DNA of 64,000 bases, taken from assembly GCA_963719495.1 (NCBI GenBank), contig CAVRCI010000010.1:51592-115591 (forward strand). The letters run 5' to 3'. Position 1 is the stretch's first letter. The number at the start of each line of letters is the position of its first letter. The notes under the pieces are model-generated. The model was not told where the DNA came from, made no database searches, and saw only the letters and a program-made list of their open reading frames with translations. Of the stretch, positions 1 to 8,556 are shown piece after piece. A program made the position numbers and the translations under genes. This DNA comes from an uncultured Verrucomicrobiae bacterium (GTDB lineage Bacteria; Verrucomicrobiota; Verrucomicrobiia; Chthoniobacterales; JAATET01).

Positions 1-93
1 TATGTTGTAATCTCTCTGAATTCATAAATCATCGCCCGCAGTGCAACCCGGACCGACCACGGGGCCCGCACTCATACAACGAACGTCCTTAAT

Positions 94-906
94 ATGAGAA
101 TGAACTTTTTCGCTTCGATCCTCGTTCTAGCCGCCACGCCAACGCTCGCTCTGCGCGCCGAGTCCGTGCCATCCAAGATCGATCTGGCCAGTCTGCCCGC
201 CAACACCGTCGACTCCGTCGTCGTCCCGGTTCCCAGCGAAGTGTTCAACGTCCTCGATAAACTCGGGACCCCGAATTGGAAGGGGCAGCTCCGCTCGTCC
301 CTCGGCAGCCAGTCACCCGACCGCGCCCAGGTCGCCCTCCTCCTCGGCACCGTCATCGCCGAAGGCTTCATCGCCGTCGAAGCCGAGGACGCCGAGCGGG
401 TCAAGGAAATCGGTCGCGAAGTCCTCGACCTCTCCGACGCCATCGGCGTCAAGGACGCTGTCCTCAAACGCAGCAAAAGCATCATCGACCTCGCCGACGC
501 CCGCGAATGGAAATCCGTCCGGCGCGAACTCGACGGTGCCCAGTCGGACGTCAAAGGGGCCATGGCCGAACTCAACGACGACGACCTGGCCCAACTCGTC
601 AGCCTCGGCGGCTGGATTCGCGGCACCGAAGTGGTCACCTCCATCGTCGGAGCCGATTACAAATCCGACCGCGCCGAGCTCCTTCACCAGCCGGAGCTTC
701 TCGCCTACTTCGATCGCCGGATCGAGGCCATGAACCCCCGCCTTCGCAAAAGCGACCTCATCGCCCAGATCCGCGCCATGCTCACCGAGATCCGCCCCCT
801 CATCCTCGAAGGCGGCGGCCAGAAGATCAGCCCGAAAAGCGTGGACCGCATCCACACCATGACCAAGGAAATGGTCCAGACCATCGCTTCGTCCAGCGAC
901 GCCTAA
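94..906 (+). CDS. Uncharacterised secreted alpha-helical protein
   Basis: 270 aa ORF with signal peptide (FFASILVLAATPTLALRA), host-like codon usage, first of a co-oriented run into phoH. Confidence 0.75.
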   Translation: MRMNFFASILVLAATPTLALRAESVPSKIDLASLPANTVDSVVVPVPSEVFNVLDKLGTPNWKGQLRSSLGSQSPDRAQVALLLGTVIAEGFIAVEAEDAERVKEIGREVLDLSDAIGVKDAVLKRSKSIIDLADAREWKSVRRELDGAQSDVKGAMAELNDDDLAQLVSLGGWIRGTEVVTSIVGADYKSDRAELLHQPELLAYFDRRIEAMNPRLRKSDLIAQIRAMLTEIRPLILEGGGQKISPKSVDRIHTMTKEMVQTIASSSDA

Positions 907-922
907 TCAAACTAACGCCACC

Positions 923-1348
923 GTGAAACGCCTCCTCACCACGACCGCGGCCCTCTTCGCATTGGGCGGAATCGCCTACGCGACCGTCGACGACGCCCTC
1001 TCGTTTGCTTACGAGGCGGCCACTCCCTACGTTGAAAAAGGCTTCACCTTCCGCGAAGACGCGTGGGGCGGCGACCTCGGCGTCGGCGAGCAGAAGGCGG
1101 TCACCGCCCAGCTCTTCAAGGGTAACGACTACTGGTTCTGCCTCGGCACGGACGCCGACGGTGCCGAACTCAGCGTTCACATTTACGACGACAAAGGAAA
1201 CCTGGTTGAAGCGAAGGATTGGCAAAAAGGCCGCTTCGCCGGAGCCAGCGTCAAACCCAAGCGCTCGGGCACCTACTACGCGATCGTCACCGTGAACAAA
1301 TCCGCGATCGAACGCACCCACTGGGCCCTCGTTTACGGGTATCAGTAG
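923..1348 (+). CDS. Uncharacterised secreted protein, PPC-like beta-sandwich
   Basis: GTG start, signal peptide, pattern LSVHIYDDKGNLV...KPKRSGTYYAIVTV resembles pre-peptidase C-terminal-like domains. Confidence 0.65.
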   Translation: MKRLLTTTAALFALGGIAYATVDDALSFAYEAATPYVEKGFTFREDAWGGDLGVGEQKAVTAQLFKGNDYWFCLGTDADGAELSVHIYDDKGNLVEAKDWQKGRFAGASVKPKRSGTYYAIVTVNKSAIERTHWALVYGYQ

Positions 1349-1358
1349 TCGAGCCGAC

Positions 1359-2345
1359 ATGGCCTCCACGCCTTCGCCGACCGCGACGACTCTCGAGTTC
1401 GAGAACGCCCGCGCCCTCCAGTCACTCTACGCCCACGACGAGAAGCTCCTCCGCGAACTCGAGTCGAAACTCGCCGTCCGAGTCACCGCCCGCGACGCCC
1501 AACTCCACGTCGACGGCGATCCCGCCGCCGTCGAGACCGTCCGCCGCGTCTTCGATCAGCTCTCCGAAGCCCGCACCCGCGGCCTGACGATCCGGCGCCA
1601 CGAGTTCCTCTACGCCATCGAGCAAGCCGCCCACCCGACCGGAGCCGGCCTCGGCAAACTCCTCGACGAAAAGATCACCTGCTCGTCCCGCAAACCCCCG
1701 ATCGTCCCGAAGACCGAAGGCCAGCGCGAATACATCCGCACGATCCGCGAAAACGATATCGCCTTCGGCATCGGCCCCGCCGGCACCGGCAAGACCTACC
1801 TCGCCATGGCCCTCGCCGTCTCGGCCCTCAAGCAGGAAAAAGTCAGCCGCATCATCCTCACGCGCCCCGCCGTCGAAGCCGGCGAAGCCCTCGGCTTCCT
1901 CCCCGGCGACCTCCAGGAAAAAATCCTCCCCTACCTCCGCCCCCTCTACGATGCGCTCAACGACATGCTCGAGATCGAGGAGCTGCAAAAATTCATGGAC
2001 CGCGGCGTCATCGAGATCGCCCCGCTCGCCTACATGCGCGGACGCACGCTCAACAACGCCTTCATCGTCCTCGACGAAGCGCAGAACACGACCACCGAGC
2101 AGATGTTCATGTTTCTCACCCGCCTCGGAGCCGAGTCGAAGTGCGTTGTCACCGGCGACCGCACCCAGATCGACCTTCCCAAGAACAAACGCAGCGGCCT
2201 CATCGAAGCCGTCGACGCCCTCCAGGACATCGAGGGCATCGGCATCCACCTCTTCCGCGAATCCGACGTCGTCCGCCACCAGCTCGTCCAACGCATCCTC
2301 CGCGCCTACCGAAAACACCGCGGCCTCCAGGACAGCCTCATTTAA
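1359..2345 (+). CDS. phoH: PhoH family ATPase (YbeZ/PhoL)
   Basis: GIGPAGTGKTYLA, TRPAVEAGEALGFLPGD, LAYMRGRTL, LDEAQN, GDxxQIDLP motifs. Confidence 0.95.
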   Translation: MASTPSPTATTLEFENARALQSLYAHDEKLLRELESKLAVRVTARDAQLHVDGDPAAVETVRRVFDQLSEARTRGLTIRRHEFLYAIEQAAHPTGAGLGKLLDEKITCSSRKPPIVPKTEGQREYIRTIRENDIAFGIGPAGTGKTYLAMALAVSALKQEKVSRIILTRPAVEAGEALGFLPGDLQEKILPYLRPLYDALNDMLEIEELQKFMDRGVIEIAPLAYMRGRTLNNAFIVLDEAQNTTTEQMFMFLTRLGAESKCVVTGDRTQIDLPKNKRSGLIEAVDALQDIEGIGIHLFRESDVVRHQLVQRILRAYRKHRGLQDSLI

Positions 2346-2347
2346 TT

Positions 2348-2453
2348 GCGGATTTCGGATTTCGGATTTCGGATTTAATTCATGATCGCGCTCCATCAAC
2401 CCGCGCCAGCGGCTGACCATTTCACATTCCGCATTTCAAATTTCGAATTTTCG
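2348..2453. repeat. Heptamer tandem repeats (GGATTTC)n plus degenerate (CATTTCA)-type units
   Basis: gcggatttcggatttcggatttcggattt directly after the phoH stop, then catttcacattccgcatttcaaatttcgaatttt. Confidence 0.8.
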
Positions 2454-2458
2454 CAAAA

Positions 2459-4063
2459 GTGAGCATCTGGAACAGTCAACGCCGCCGCCTCGTGAGCCAG
2501 GGGCTCGCCAGCGCGAAGAAGCGCCGCAAGCAGGTCGACAGCCCGCTCGGCGAAGCGCTCGAAAACGGCTGGTCCGCCCGCTTGGCCATCTGCCTCGCCT
2601 TCATCCTCGGCCTCGGCGTTCTCATCTTCGCCGGTCCCATGGCCGAGCCGCTCAAGAAATTCCTCGTCTGCTTTCTCGTCTTCGTCACGGCCCTCGCGCA
2701 GCTCTGGATCAACCACCCCCAGACCCTCATCAGCAACACCCGCCTGCTGCTCGTCCTCTCCGTCTGCTTCCTCCAGCTCATCGCCGTCAAACTCATCCTC
2801 GTGAACGCCGGCCCCGACGGGATCAACCCCGCGATGGCCCCCGTCCTCATCCCCTACGCCTTCGCCCCGCTGGTTCTCTCGCTCCTCCTCGGCAAACACC
2901 ACGGCCTCTACGCCGCCGTCTTCTGCTCGCTCTGGGGCACGTTTCTCCTCCCCCAGCTCAATTCCGTTTTCCTCGTCATCTCCCTCATCACCGGCATCGT
3001 CGCCGTCTCGGTCACCATCCAGGTCCGCCGCCGCGGCCGCCTCATTCGCGCCGGGATCTACGTCGGAGCCGCCACCTGGGTGCTCGCCGCGGTCTTCGGC
3101 CTGGTCGGTCCCATCGTCTGGGAAAATCTGCCCGCCACGGACTGGAATCTCCTCGGTTGGCAGAGCTTCGCCGCCCTCGCGACCGGTTTCCTCACCGCCA
3201 TCGTGATCAGCGGCATCCTCCCGGCCATCGAAGGCACGTTCAACATCACCACCGACATCTCCTGGCTCGAGATGTCCGACATGAACCACCCGCTCCTCCG
3301 CCGCCTCTCGATGGAGGCCCCCGGCACCTACCACCACAGCCTCGCCGTCGCGAACCTCGCGGAGGCCGCCGCCGAGGCCATCGGAGCCAACCCGACGATC
3401 TGCCGCGTGAGCGCCTACTTCCACGACATCGGCAAACTCGTGAAGCCGGACTACTTCAACGAAAACATGCCCGCGGGCCACAACCCGCACGACGACCTCA
3501 CGCCCACGATGAGCTCGCTTATCATCATCGCGCACGTGAAAGAAGGCGTCGACCTCGGCCTCAAGCACAACCTCAACTCCCTCCTCGTCGACGCCATCCA
3601 GCAACACCACGGCACCTCCCTCGTCGGCTACTTTTACCAACGCGCCCTCCAGCAGCAGGAAGACGCCCGCCTCGGCGGCAAGATCATGAACATGCGCGCC
3701 GAGGATATCCCGGAGGTTCGCCAGGAATCCTTCCGCTACCCCGGCCCCCGCCCGCAGACCCGCGAGAGCGCCATCGTCAGCCTCGCCGACTCCATCGAAA
3801 GCGCCTCCCGCTCGCTCGACCGCCCGACGCCCCAACGCATCGAGGACCTCATTCACGACCTGATCGACGCCCGTATCGCCGATCACCAGCTCGATGAAGC
3901 CCCCGTCACCCTAGACGAAATCCGCCGCATTGCCGAAGCTTTCCGCACGACCCTCAACTCGATGCTCCACTCCCGCGTCGCCTACCCGAAGTCGAAGGAG
4001 GCCAAGGAGAAAGAAAAAGAGAAGGAAAAGAGCAAGGCCGAGCGAACCGCGGAAGCCGCGTGA
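2459..4063 (+). CDS. 7TM membrane HD-domain (HDIG) phosphohydrolase, PgpH/YqfF-like
   Basis: Multiple TM helices then EAPGTYHHS, YFHDIGK, IIIAHV, QQHHGT, FRYPGPRPQTRE, LADSIE; classic position between phoH and ybeY. Confidence 0.92.
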   Translation: MSIWNSQRRRLVSQGLASAKKRRKQVDSPLGEALENGWSARLAICLAFILGLGVLIFAGPMAEPLKKFLVCFLVFVTALAQLWINHPQTLISNTRLLLVLSVCFLQLIAVKLILVNAGPDGINPAMAPVLIPYAFAPLVLSLLLGKHHGLYAAVFCSLWGTFLLPQLNSVFLVISLITGIVAVSVTIQVRRRGRLIRAGIYVGAATWVLAAVFGLVGPIVWENLPATDWNLLGWQSFAALATGFLTAIVISGILPAIEGTFNITTDISWLEMSDMNHPLLRRLSMEAPGTYHHSLAVANLAEAAAEAIGANPTICRVSAYFHDIGKLVKPDYFNENMPAGHNPHDDLTPTMSSLIIIAHVKEGVDLGLKHNLNSLLVDAIQQHHGTSLVGYFYQRALQQQEDARLGGKIMNMRAEDIPEVRQESFRYPGPRPQTRESAIVSLADSIESASRSLDRPTPQRIEDLIHDLIDARIADHQLDEAPVTLDEIRRIAEAFRTTLNSMLHSRVAYPKSKEAKEKEKEKEKSKAERTAEAA

Positions 4064-4503
4064 CCCCGCCCGAGCTTTCGATCACCAACCGCCAGCGAAA
4101 AATTCCGGTCGACCTCCCGCGGCTCCGCCGCCTCGCCGCGTTCGCGCTCCCGATCTGCCTCGCCGACCCCGGCCCCGACGAAGCCCCACTCCTCGCCGAC
4201 CTACCCGTCGTCGACGTCTCCATCCTCTCGTCCCGTGAAATGTCCCGCGTCCACCGGGAATTCCTCCAAATCTCCGGCCCCACCGACGTCATTACCTTCC
4301 CCTACGGCGAGATCCTCGTCTGCGCCGAAGTCGCCGTGGCTCAGGCTCCCGCCCACGGTCTCGACCCCGACGACGAACTCGCCCTCTACGTCATTCACGG
4401 CCTCCTCCACCTCAACGGCTACGACGACATCCAGCCCGAGGCCGCCCAACGAATGCGTTTCCGACAGGCAAACATTTTGAACACAGCCCGCAAACAGCTG
4501 TAG
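4060..4503 (+). CDS. ybeY: rRNA maturation RNase YbeY
   Basis: PTDVITF and HGLLHLNGYDD zinc motif; GTGA overlap with the upstream gene. Confidence 0.93.
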   Translation: MTPPELSITNRQRKIPVDLPRLRRLAAFALPICLADPGPDEAPLLADLPVVDVSILSSREMSRVHREFLQISGPTDVITFPYGEILVCAEVAVAQAPAHGLDPDDELALYVIHGLLHLNGYDDIQPEAAQRMRFRQANILNTARKQL

Positions 4504-4518
4504 ACTCCTGCCGACCGC

Positions 4519-5097
4519 ATGGAATTTTTCGACCCACCATCGCCCGAAACGCACCTCGAGGATCCGCTCGAATCCGCCCTCCGGATTGCCAACCCGACTT
4601 TCGACGTCACGGCACCGCTCACGTTCCGCAATTTCTCCCGCTTCGACCTCGCCGCCGCCGGCTGGCGCGACACCATCTTCGTTCCCACCCTGCTCCCGGC
4701 GATCGTCACCACCCTCGACCTCGCCTCCGCCGGAGAAGTCCGCGAGATCATCGAGCTCGAGACCAATCTCCTCGCAACGACCACCGCCGCCACCGCTCCG
4801 GCCCTCATCGCCGAAGGCCGCCGCCTCGCCGAGGCCACCGGCGACCCCCGCGGCGACCGCGTCCTCCCGCGACTCCACGCCGCCATCCGGTCCGGACAGA
4901 TGAGGGGACACTTCACGGTCCTCTTCGCCGCTCGCTGCGCCGTTTTCTCCATCCCCACCAGAGTCGCCCTCGGAGCCTACCTGCTCCAGGAACTTCTCGC
5001 CGGCTCACCCGACATCCGCGCGTCCCGAGCCCTCGACTTCGCCGCTACCTGCCTCGACACCCTCGACCTGACTGCCCCGCAGCTTCGCGCCGCGTAG
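4519..5097 (+). CDS. Hypothetical protein, distantly UreF-like
   Basis: Helical protein; GRRLAEA...GHFTVLFAARCAVFSIP...ALGAYL resembles the UreF core pattern. Confidence 0.5.
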   Translation: MEFFDPPSPETHLEDPLESALRIANPTFDVTAPLTFRNFSRFDLAAAGWRDTIFVPTLLPAIVTTLDLASAGEVREIIELETNLLATTTAATAPALIAEGRRLAEATGDPRGDRVLPRLHAAIRSGQMRGHFTVLFAARCAVFSIPTRVALGAYLLQELLAGSPDIRASRALDFAATCLDTLDLTAPQLRAA

Positions 5098-5107
5098 AGC
5101 CCGCCCC

Positions 5108-5389
5108 ATGGCCACCCGCGTCCTCGAAGCTCCGGAAACCGACGTCGATCTCGACCTGCCGTGGAACGTCGTCGTCCACAACGACCCGGTCAATCTCATG
5201 AGCTACGTGTCGCTCATCTTCCGCCGCGTCTTCGGTTTCTCCCGCGAAAAAGCCGAGCACCACATGATGGAAGTCCACGAACTGGGCCGCTCCATCGTCT
5301 GGACCGGAGAGCGCGAGAAAGCCGAGCTCTTCGTCCAACAACTTCACCTCCACCTCCTCCTCGCCACCCTCGAGCAGGCGGAGGGCTGA
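5108..5389 (+). CDS. clpS: ATP-dependent Clp protease adaptor ClpS
   Basis: PWNVVVHNDPVNLMSYV...MMEVHELGRSIV. Confidence 0.93.
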   Translation: MATRVLEAPETDVDLDLPWNVVVHNDPVNLMSYVSLIFRRVFGFSREKAEHHMMEVHELGRSIVWTGEREKAELFVQQLHLHLLLATLEQAEG

Positions 5390-5393
5390 CCCG

Positions 5394-5888
5394 ATGCAGT
5401 TCCAGATCCTTGACGACGCCGCCATCGGCTTCACGCGCATCCACCCCCTCCTCGCCGAGCTCCTCCGCAACGTTCCCCTCGCGACCGATCCGCGCAATCT
5501 CTCCGAGTCCGCGCAGGAACGCCTTTTCCCGCCCCCGTCCGACGACCCCGACCTCGACCGTCTCCGCTCGGATTGGGCGGCCTTCGTCACCCCCGACCTC
5601 TCCGAGCACTTCCAATCCGCCCGCGACGTCGTCGCCGCCGATCTCCGCCGACTCGACGAAACCGAAGACCAACTCTTCGAACTCCGAATCCCCAACGGCC
5701 ACGCCGAAGCCTGGCTCAACGTCCTCAACCAAGCTCGCCTCGCCCTCGCGACCGACATCGGCTACGAGCAGGAAGACCCGGACGAAGTCGGCGAAGCCCC
5801 CGACCTCCTCACCGAGTCCGGCGTCGCCACCTTCCGACTCAACCTCTACGCCTTCATGCAGCAATGCCTGGTCGAATTCCTCGACTAG
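5394..5888 (+). CDS. DUF2017 family protein
   Basis: RLFP...DW...PDL, AEAWLNVLNQARLAL; usual clpS downstream partner. Confidence 0.8.
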   Translation: MQFQILDDAAIGFTRIHPLLAELLRNVPLATDPRNLSESAQERLFPPPSDDPDLDRLRSDWAAFVTPDLSEHFQSARDVVAADLRRLDETEDQLFELRIPNGHAEAWLNVLNQARLALATDIGYEQEDPDEVGEAPDLLTESGVATFRLNLYAFMQQCLVEFLD

Positions 5889-5893
5889 TTTCA

Positions 5894-5946
5894 AGGAGCG
5901 GCGATTTGCAATCGCCGACCCAACCCAAAGCGAGCGAAGCGAGCTC
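5894..5946. repeat. REP-like palindrome family A (AGGARCGGCGATTTGCAATCGCCG + CCAACC + GCGAAGC tail)
   Basis: Related copies at ~21848, 30075, 30686 (variant) and 36520. Confidence 0.85.
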
Positions 5947-5968
5947 ATAACCTCCCACCCGAGCAAAC

Positions 5969-6505
5969 GTGGAAAAATCCCGCGCCATCCTCATCCGGCG
6001 CTACCGCTTCTCCGAGACGAGCCTGCTCTGCATCTGGATCACCGAGACCCACGGTAAGATCAAGACTTCGGCCCGCGGCGCGCTGCAACCCAAGAGCGCC
6101 TTCCGCGGCAAACTCGACGTCTTCCACGAGGTCGAAATCGGCTTCGATCCCCCGAAGACCGGCGAGATTCACAACCTCCGCGAGGCCATCCTCCTCCACC
6201 CCTTCGCCGGCCCCGACGTCCGCTACGCCAACCTCGCCGTCGCCGCCTACTTCGGCGACCTCACCGACCTTGCCACCGAAACCTCCGCCCCCGCCGACGA
6301 AATTTTCACTCTCCTCGCCCGTGCCGTCGCCTACCTCCGCACCACGCCCCCAACCCACCGGGCTATCCACTTCTTCGAGGCGGAACTCTGCAAAACCCTC
6401 GGTATTCAGAACGAACGAACCGACCCCCTCCAATCCCTCACCACCCACTGCGGCCGAATCCCCAAATCCCGCCAGCCCGCTGTGAAAATCCTGAATACGG
6501 TTTGA
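5969..6505 (+). CDS. recO: DNA repair protein RecO (short form)
   Basis: AILIRRYRFSETSL...HGKIKTSARGA..PKSAFRGKLD, FFEAELCKTLG. Confidence 0.88.
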   Translation: MEKSRAILIRRYRFSETSLLCIWITETHGKIKTSARGALQPKSAFRGKLDVFHEVEIGFDPPKTGEIHNLREAILLHPFAGPDVRYANLAVAAYFGDLTDLATETSAPADEIFTLLARAVAYLRTTPPTHRAIHFFEAELCKTLGIQNERTDPLQSLTTHCGRIPKSRQPAVKILNTV

Positions 6506-6608
6506 ACAGAAGAGCGCAAAGTTCGCGAAGGGAATGCCGCCCAGCTCCGCTGGTCGGCATTCCCTTCCTCCTTTCACCCTTTGCGACCTTTGCGACCTTC
6601 TGTTCAAA
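6501..6608. repeat. Nonamer-based inverted repeat element (TTTGAACAGAAG...CTTCTGTTCAAA)
   Basis: 12-bp perfect terminal IR with internal (CTTTGCGAC) units; single right arms at ~28056-28086 and ~56559-56588. Confidence 0.8.
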
Positions 6609-6634
6609 GCATTTGTATTGTAATCCTCACCCCG

Positions 6635-7195
6635 ATGACCCGTGACCCGTCCTCCGCCGGCAACCTCACCGGTTCCCTCCTGATCGCCCACCCCAGCCTG
6701 CGCGACGCGAATTTCCGGCGCACCATCATCCTCCTCTCCCACCACAGCGCCGAGGACGGAGCCGTCGGCATCGTCCTCAACCGCCCCGCCAACCAGTCGA
6801 TCAGCGATCTCTCCACCGACCTCCTCCCGACCTTCCTCTCCAGCGTCCCCGTTTTCGTCGGCGGACCCGTCTCCGACGCCGACCTCCTCCTCGCCAGCAT
6901 CGAATGGGATGCCGCGCGGAATTCCGTCCTCTTCCAGACCTTCGGTGAACCCGACGAGGCGGAGCAAATCCCGTCCGAAATTCGCCCCACGCTCCGAGCC
7001 TTCCTCGGCTACTCCGGCTGGAGCCGCGGCCAACTCGAAGCCGAGATCGCCCAGACCGGCTGGCTCGTCGTCCCACCGAACCGCGCGCTCATTCAAGCCG
7101 AGAACACCGAACTCGAATGGCGCGCCTTCATGCGTTCCGTCAGCCCCATCCACCACCTCCTGGCGGAAATGCCCGACGATCCGTCGCTCAATTGA
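6635..7195 (+). CDS. YqgE/AlgH (UPF0301) family protein
   Basis: LLIAHPSLRDANFRRTII, GIVLNRP, FVGGPV, FLGYSGWSRGQLEAEI, PDDPSLN; ATG at 6635 preferred. Confidence 0.92.
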   Translation: MTRDPSSAGNLTGSLLIAHPSLRDANFRRTIILLSHHSAEDGAVGIVLNRPANQSISDLSTDLLPTFLSSVPVFVGGPVSDADLLLASIEWDAARNSVLFQTFGEPDEAEQIPSEIRPTLRAFLGYSGWSRGQLEAEIAQTGWLVVPPNRALIQAENTELEWRAFMRSVSPIHHLLAEMPDDPSLN

Positions 7196-7754
7196 CCGGC
7201 CCGCGCAGCGCAAACGCCAGCAACATCAGCGAAGCCGCCGCGATCCAGGAGGCCACCACCCGCACCCCGACGTGCGCCCAGAATCGGTCCGGCCGCAACG
7301 ACGCGTAAAACGCCACGTTCGCAATCACCAGCAGCACCGCAACCCCGGTCCCCGTCAGGATCAGCAGCGTGGGAAAGACCGCCCCCACCTCCGGCGGGGA
7401 ATCCAAACCAACCAACAACGCGGCCGCACCAATCAAACCGGCTCGACTTAGAATCCGCTTCGGCCAATCGGCCACGACCCCCAGCGCAACCACCAAAGTC
7501 CAGCCCGTCAAAATCCCCCGAATCACCGCCGACTCCGGAACCCACACCGAAGCCAGCAGACCGACCGCCACCCCGACGAGCGCCGCGATCATCCCCTCGC
7601 GCAGACGCAGCGGAATCCCCTGCGACAGCATCAGCCCACCCGCCACCAGTAGCAGCAGGTGAGTCGGGACCGTGAGCGGGTGGACCAGCCCGTTGAGAAA
7701 GCTCCCCGCCCCCGGCAGCGTCGAGTGAGCGAAGAAACTACCACCCGCCATCAC
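7188..7754 (-). CDS. HupE/UreJ family Ni/Co transporter-like membrane protein (divergent copy)
   Basis: AH...SFLNGLVHPLTVPTHLLLL, multiple TM helices. Confidence 0.8.
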   Translation of the reverse strand: MMAGGSFFAHSTLPGAGSFLNGLVHPLTVPTHLLLLVAGGLMLSQGIPLRLREGMIAALVGVAVGLLASVWVPESAVIRGILTGWTLVVALGVVADWPKRILSRAGLIGAAALLVGLDSPPEVGAVFPTLLILTGTGVAVLLVIANVAFYASLRPDRFWAHVGVRVVASWIAAASLMLLAFALRGPVN

Positions 7755-8351
7755 CTACAGGACGCCGAACAGAAACCCGGCTCCAATCAACGCGATCACG
7801 CCACCCATCGCCCGCACGGCGATCACCCCACCGGGGAAACGAGTCAATAGTCCCAGCGCGATACCGCACAGGTGAAGCAGACCTGTTCCCAGAACAAACC
7901 CAATCGCGTAGGTCACCGCGCTCGCCGAATCCGGCAGTTCAGCCCCATGGGCATACCCGTGAAAGATCGCAAAAAATCCCACGAGGATCGCCGCGAAAAG
8001 CAGCGGTGGCTTCACCGCGAACAGCACCATCGCACCCAGCAGGATGCCGGAGAACGCGATCATCTGCTCAACCGCCGGAAACGGCACCCCCATCACCCCG
8101 AAAACCCCACCCACCGCCATCACCAGCGGAAACGTGATCGGCAAAACCCAGATCGCCGGCCGCCCGAGAAAGGCTCCCCACAACCCCACGGCAACCATCG
8201 CCACCACGTGATCCAGGCCGAAGAGCGGGTGCGTAAACCCACTGGTGAAGCCTCCCACCGCACCCACTCCCGTGTGCGCCTCCGCCAGAACGGGGGCCAG
8301 CAGGAAAAGAAGAAGCAACGGCAGGGAAAGGGCGGGACGTGGAGTTTTCAT
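7755..8351 (-). CDS. HupE/UreJ family Ni/Co transporter
   Basis: AEAHTG, GFTHPLFGLDHVVAMVAVGLW, FAIFHGYAHGAELP, LLHLCG. Confidence 0.93.
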   Translation of the reverse strand: MKTPRPALSLPLLLLFLLAPVLAEAHTGVGAVGGFTSGFTHPLFGLDHVVAMVAVGLWGAFLGRPAIWVLPITFPLVMAVGGVFGVMGVPFPAVEQMIAFSGILLGAMVLFAVKPPLLFAAILVGFFAIFHGYAHGAELPDSASAVTYAIGFVLGTGLLHLCGIALGLLTRFPGGVIAVRAMGGVIALIGAGFLFGVL

Positions 8352-8496
8352 TAAATCGTGGATTTCGTTGGGCTGGCGTGAAGGTTGGAGGAATTACGGC
8401 CCGGCACCAGCCCAGGATCATAATTTGTCAAATATTTTGCACCGTTTCCCCTTGCCGTGCGTCTCACTCACCGATTACAAACCGCCCCCAATCGTT

Positions 8497-8513
8497 CTGC
8501 GACTGAGTCTCAA
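8497..8513. promoter_or_regulatory. Candidate metal-regulator operator CTGCGACT-G-AGTCTCAA (imperfect 8-1-8 palindrome)
   Basis: 15/17 match to the perfect palindrome TTGAGACTNAGTCTCAA, in the divergent hupE/oprB promoter region. Confidence 0.5.
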
Positions 8514-8556
8514 TTCAGTTGAAACGCCCCAAACGCCACCGTCCAACCCCATTTTC

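Noticed and set aside
4519..8351. Urease or hydrogenase gene cluster
   Set aside because: Only accessory-like genes; no structural subunits in the window
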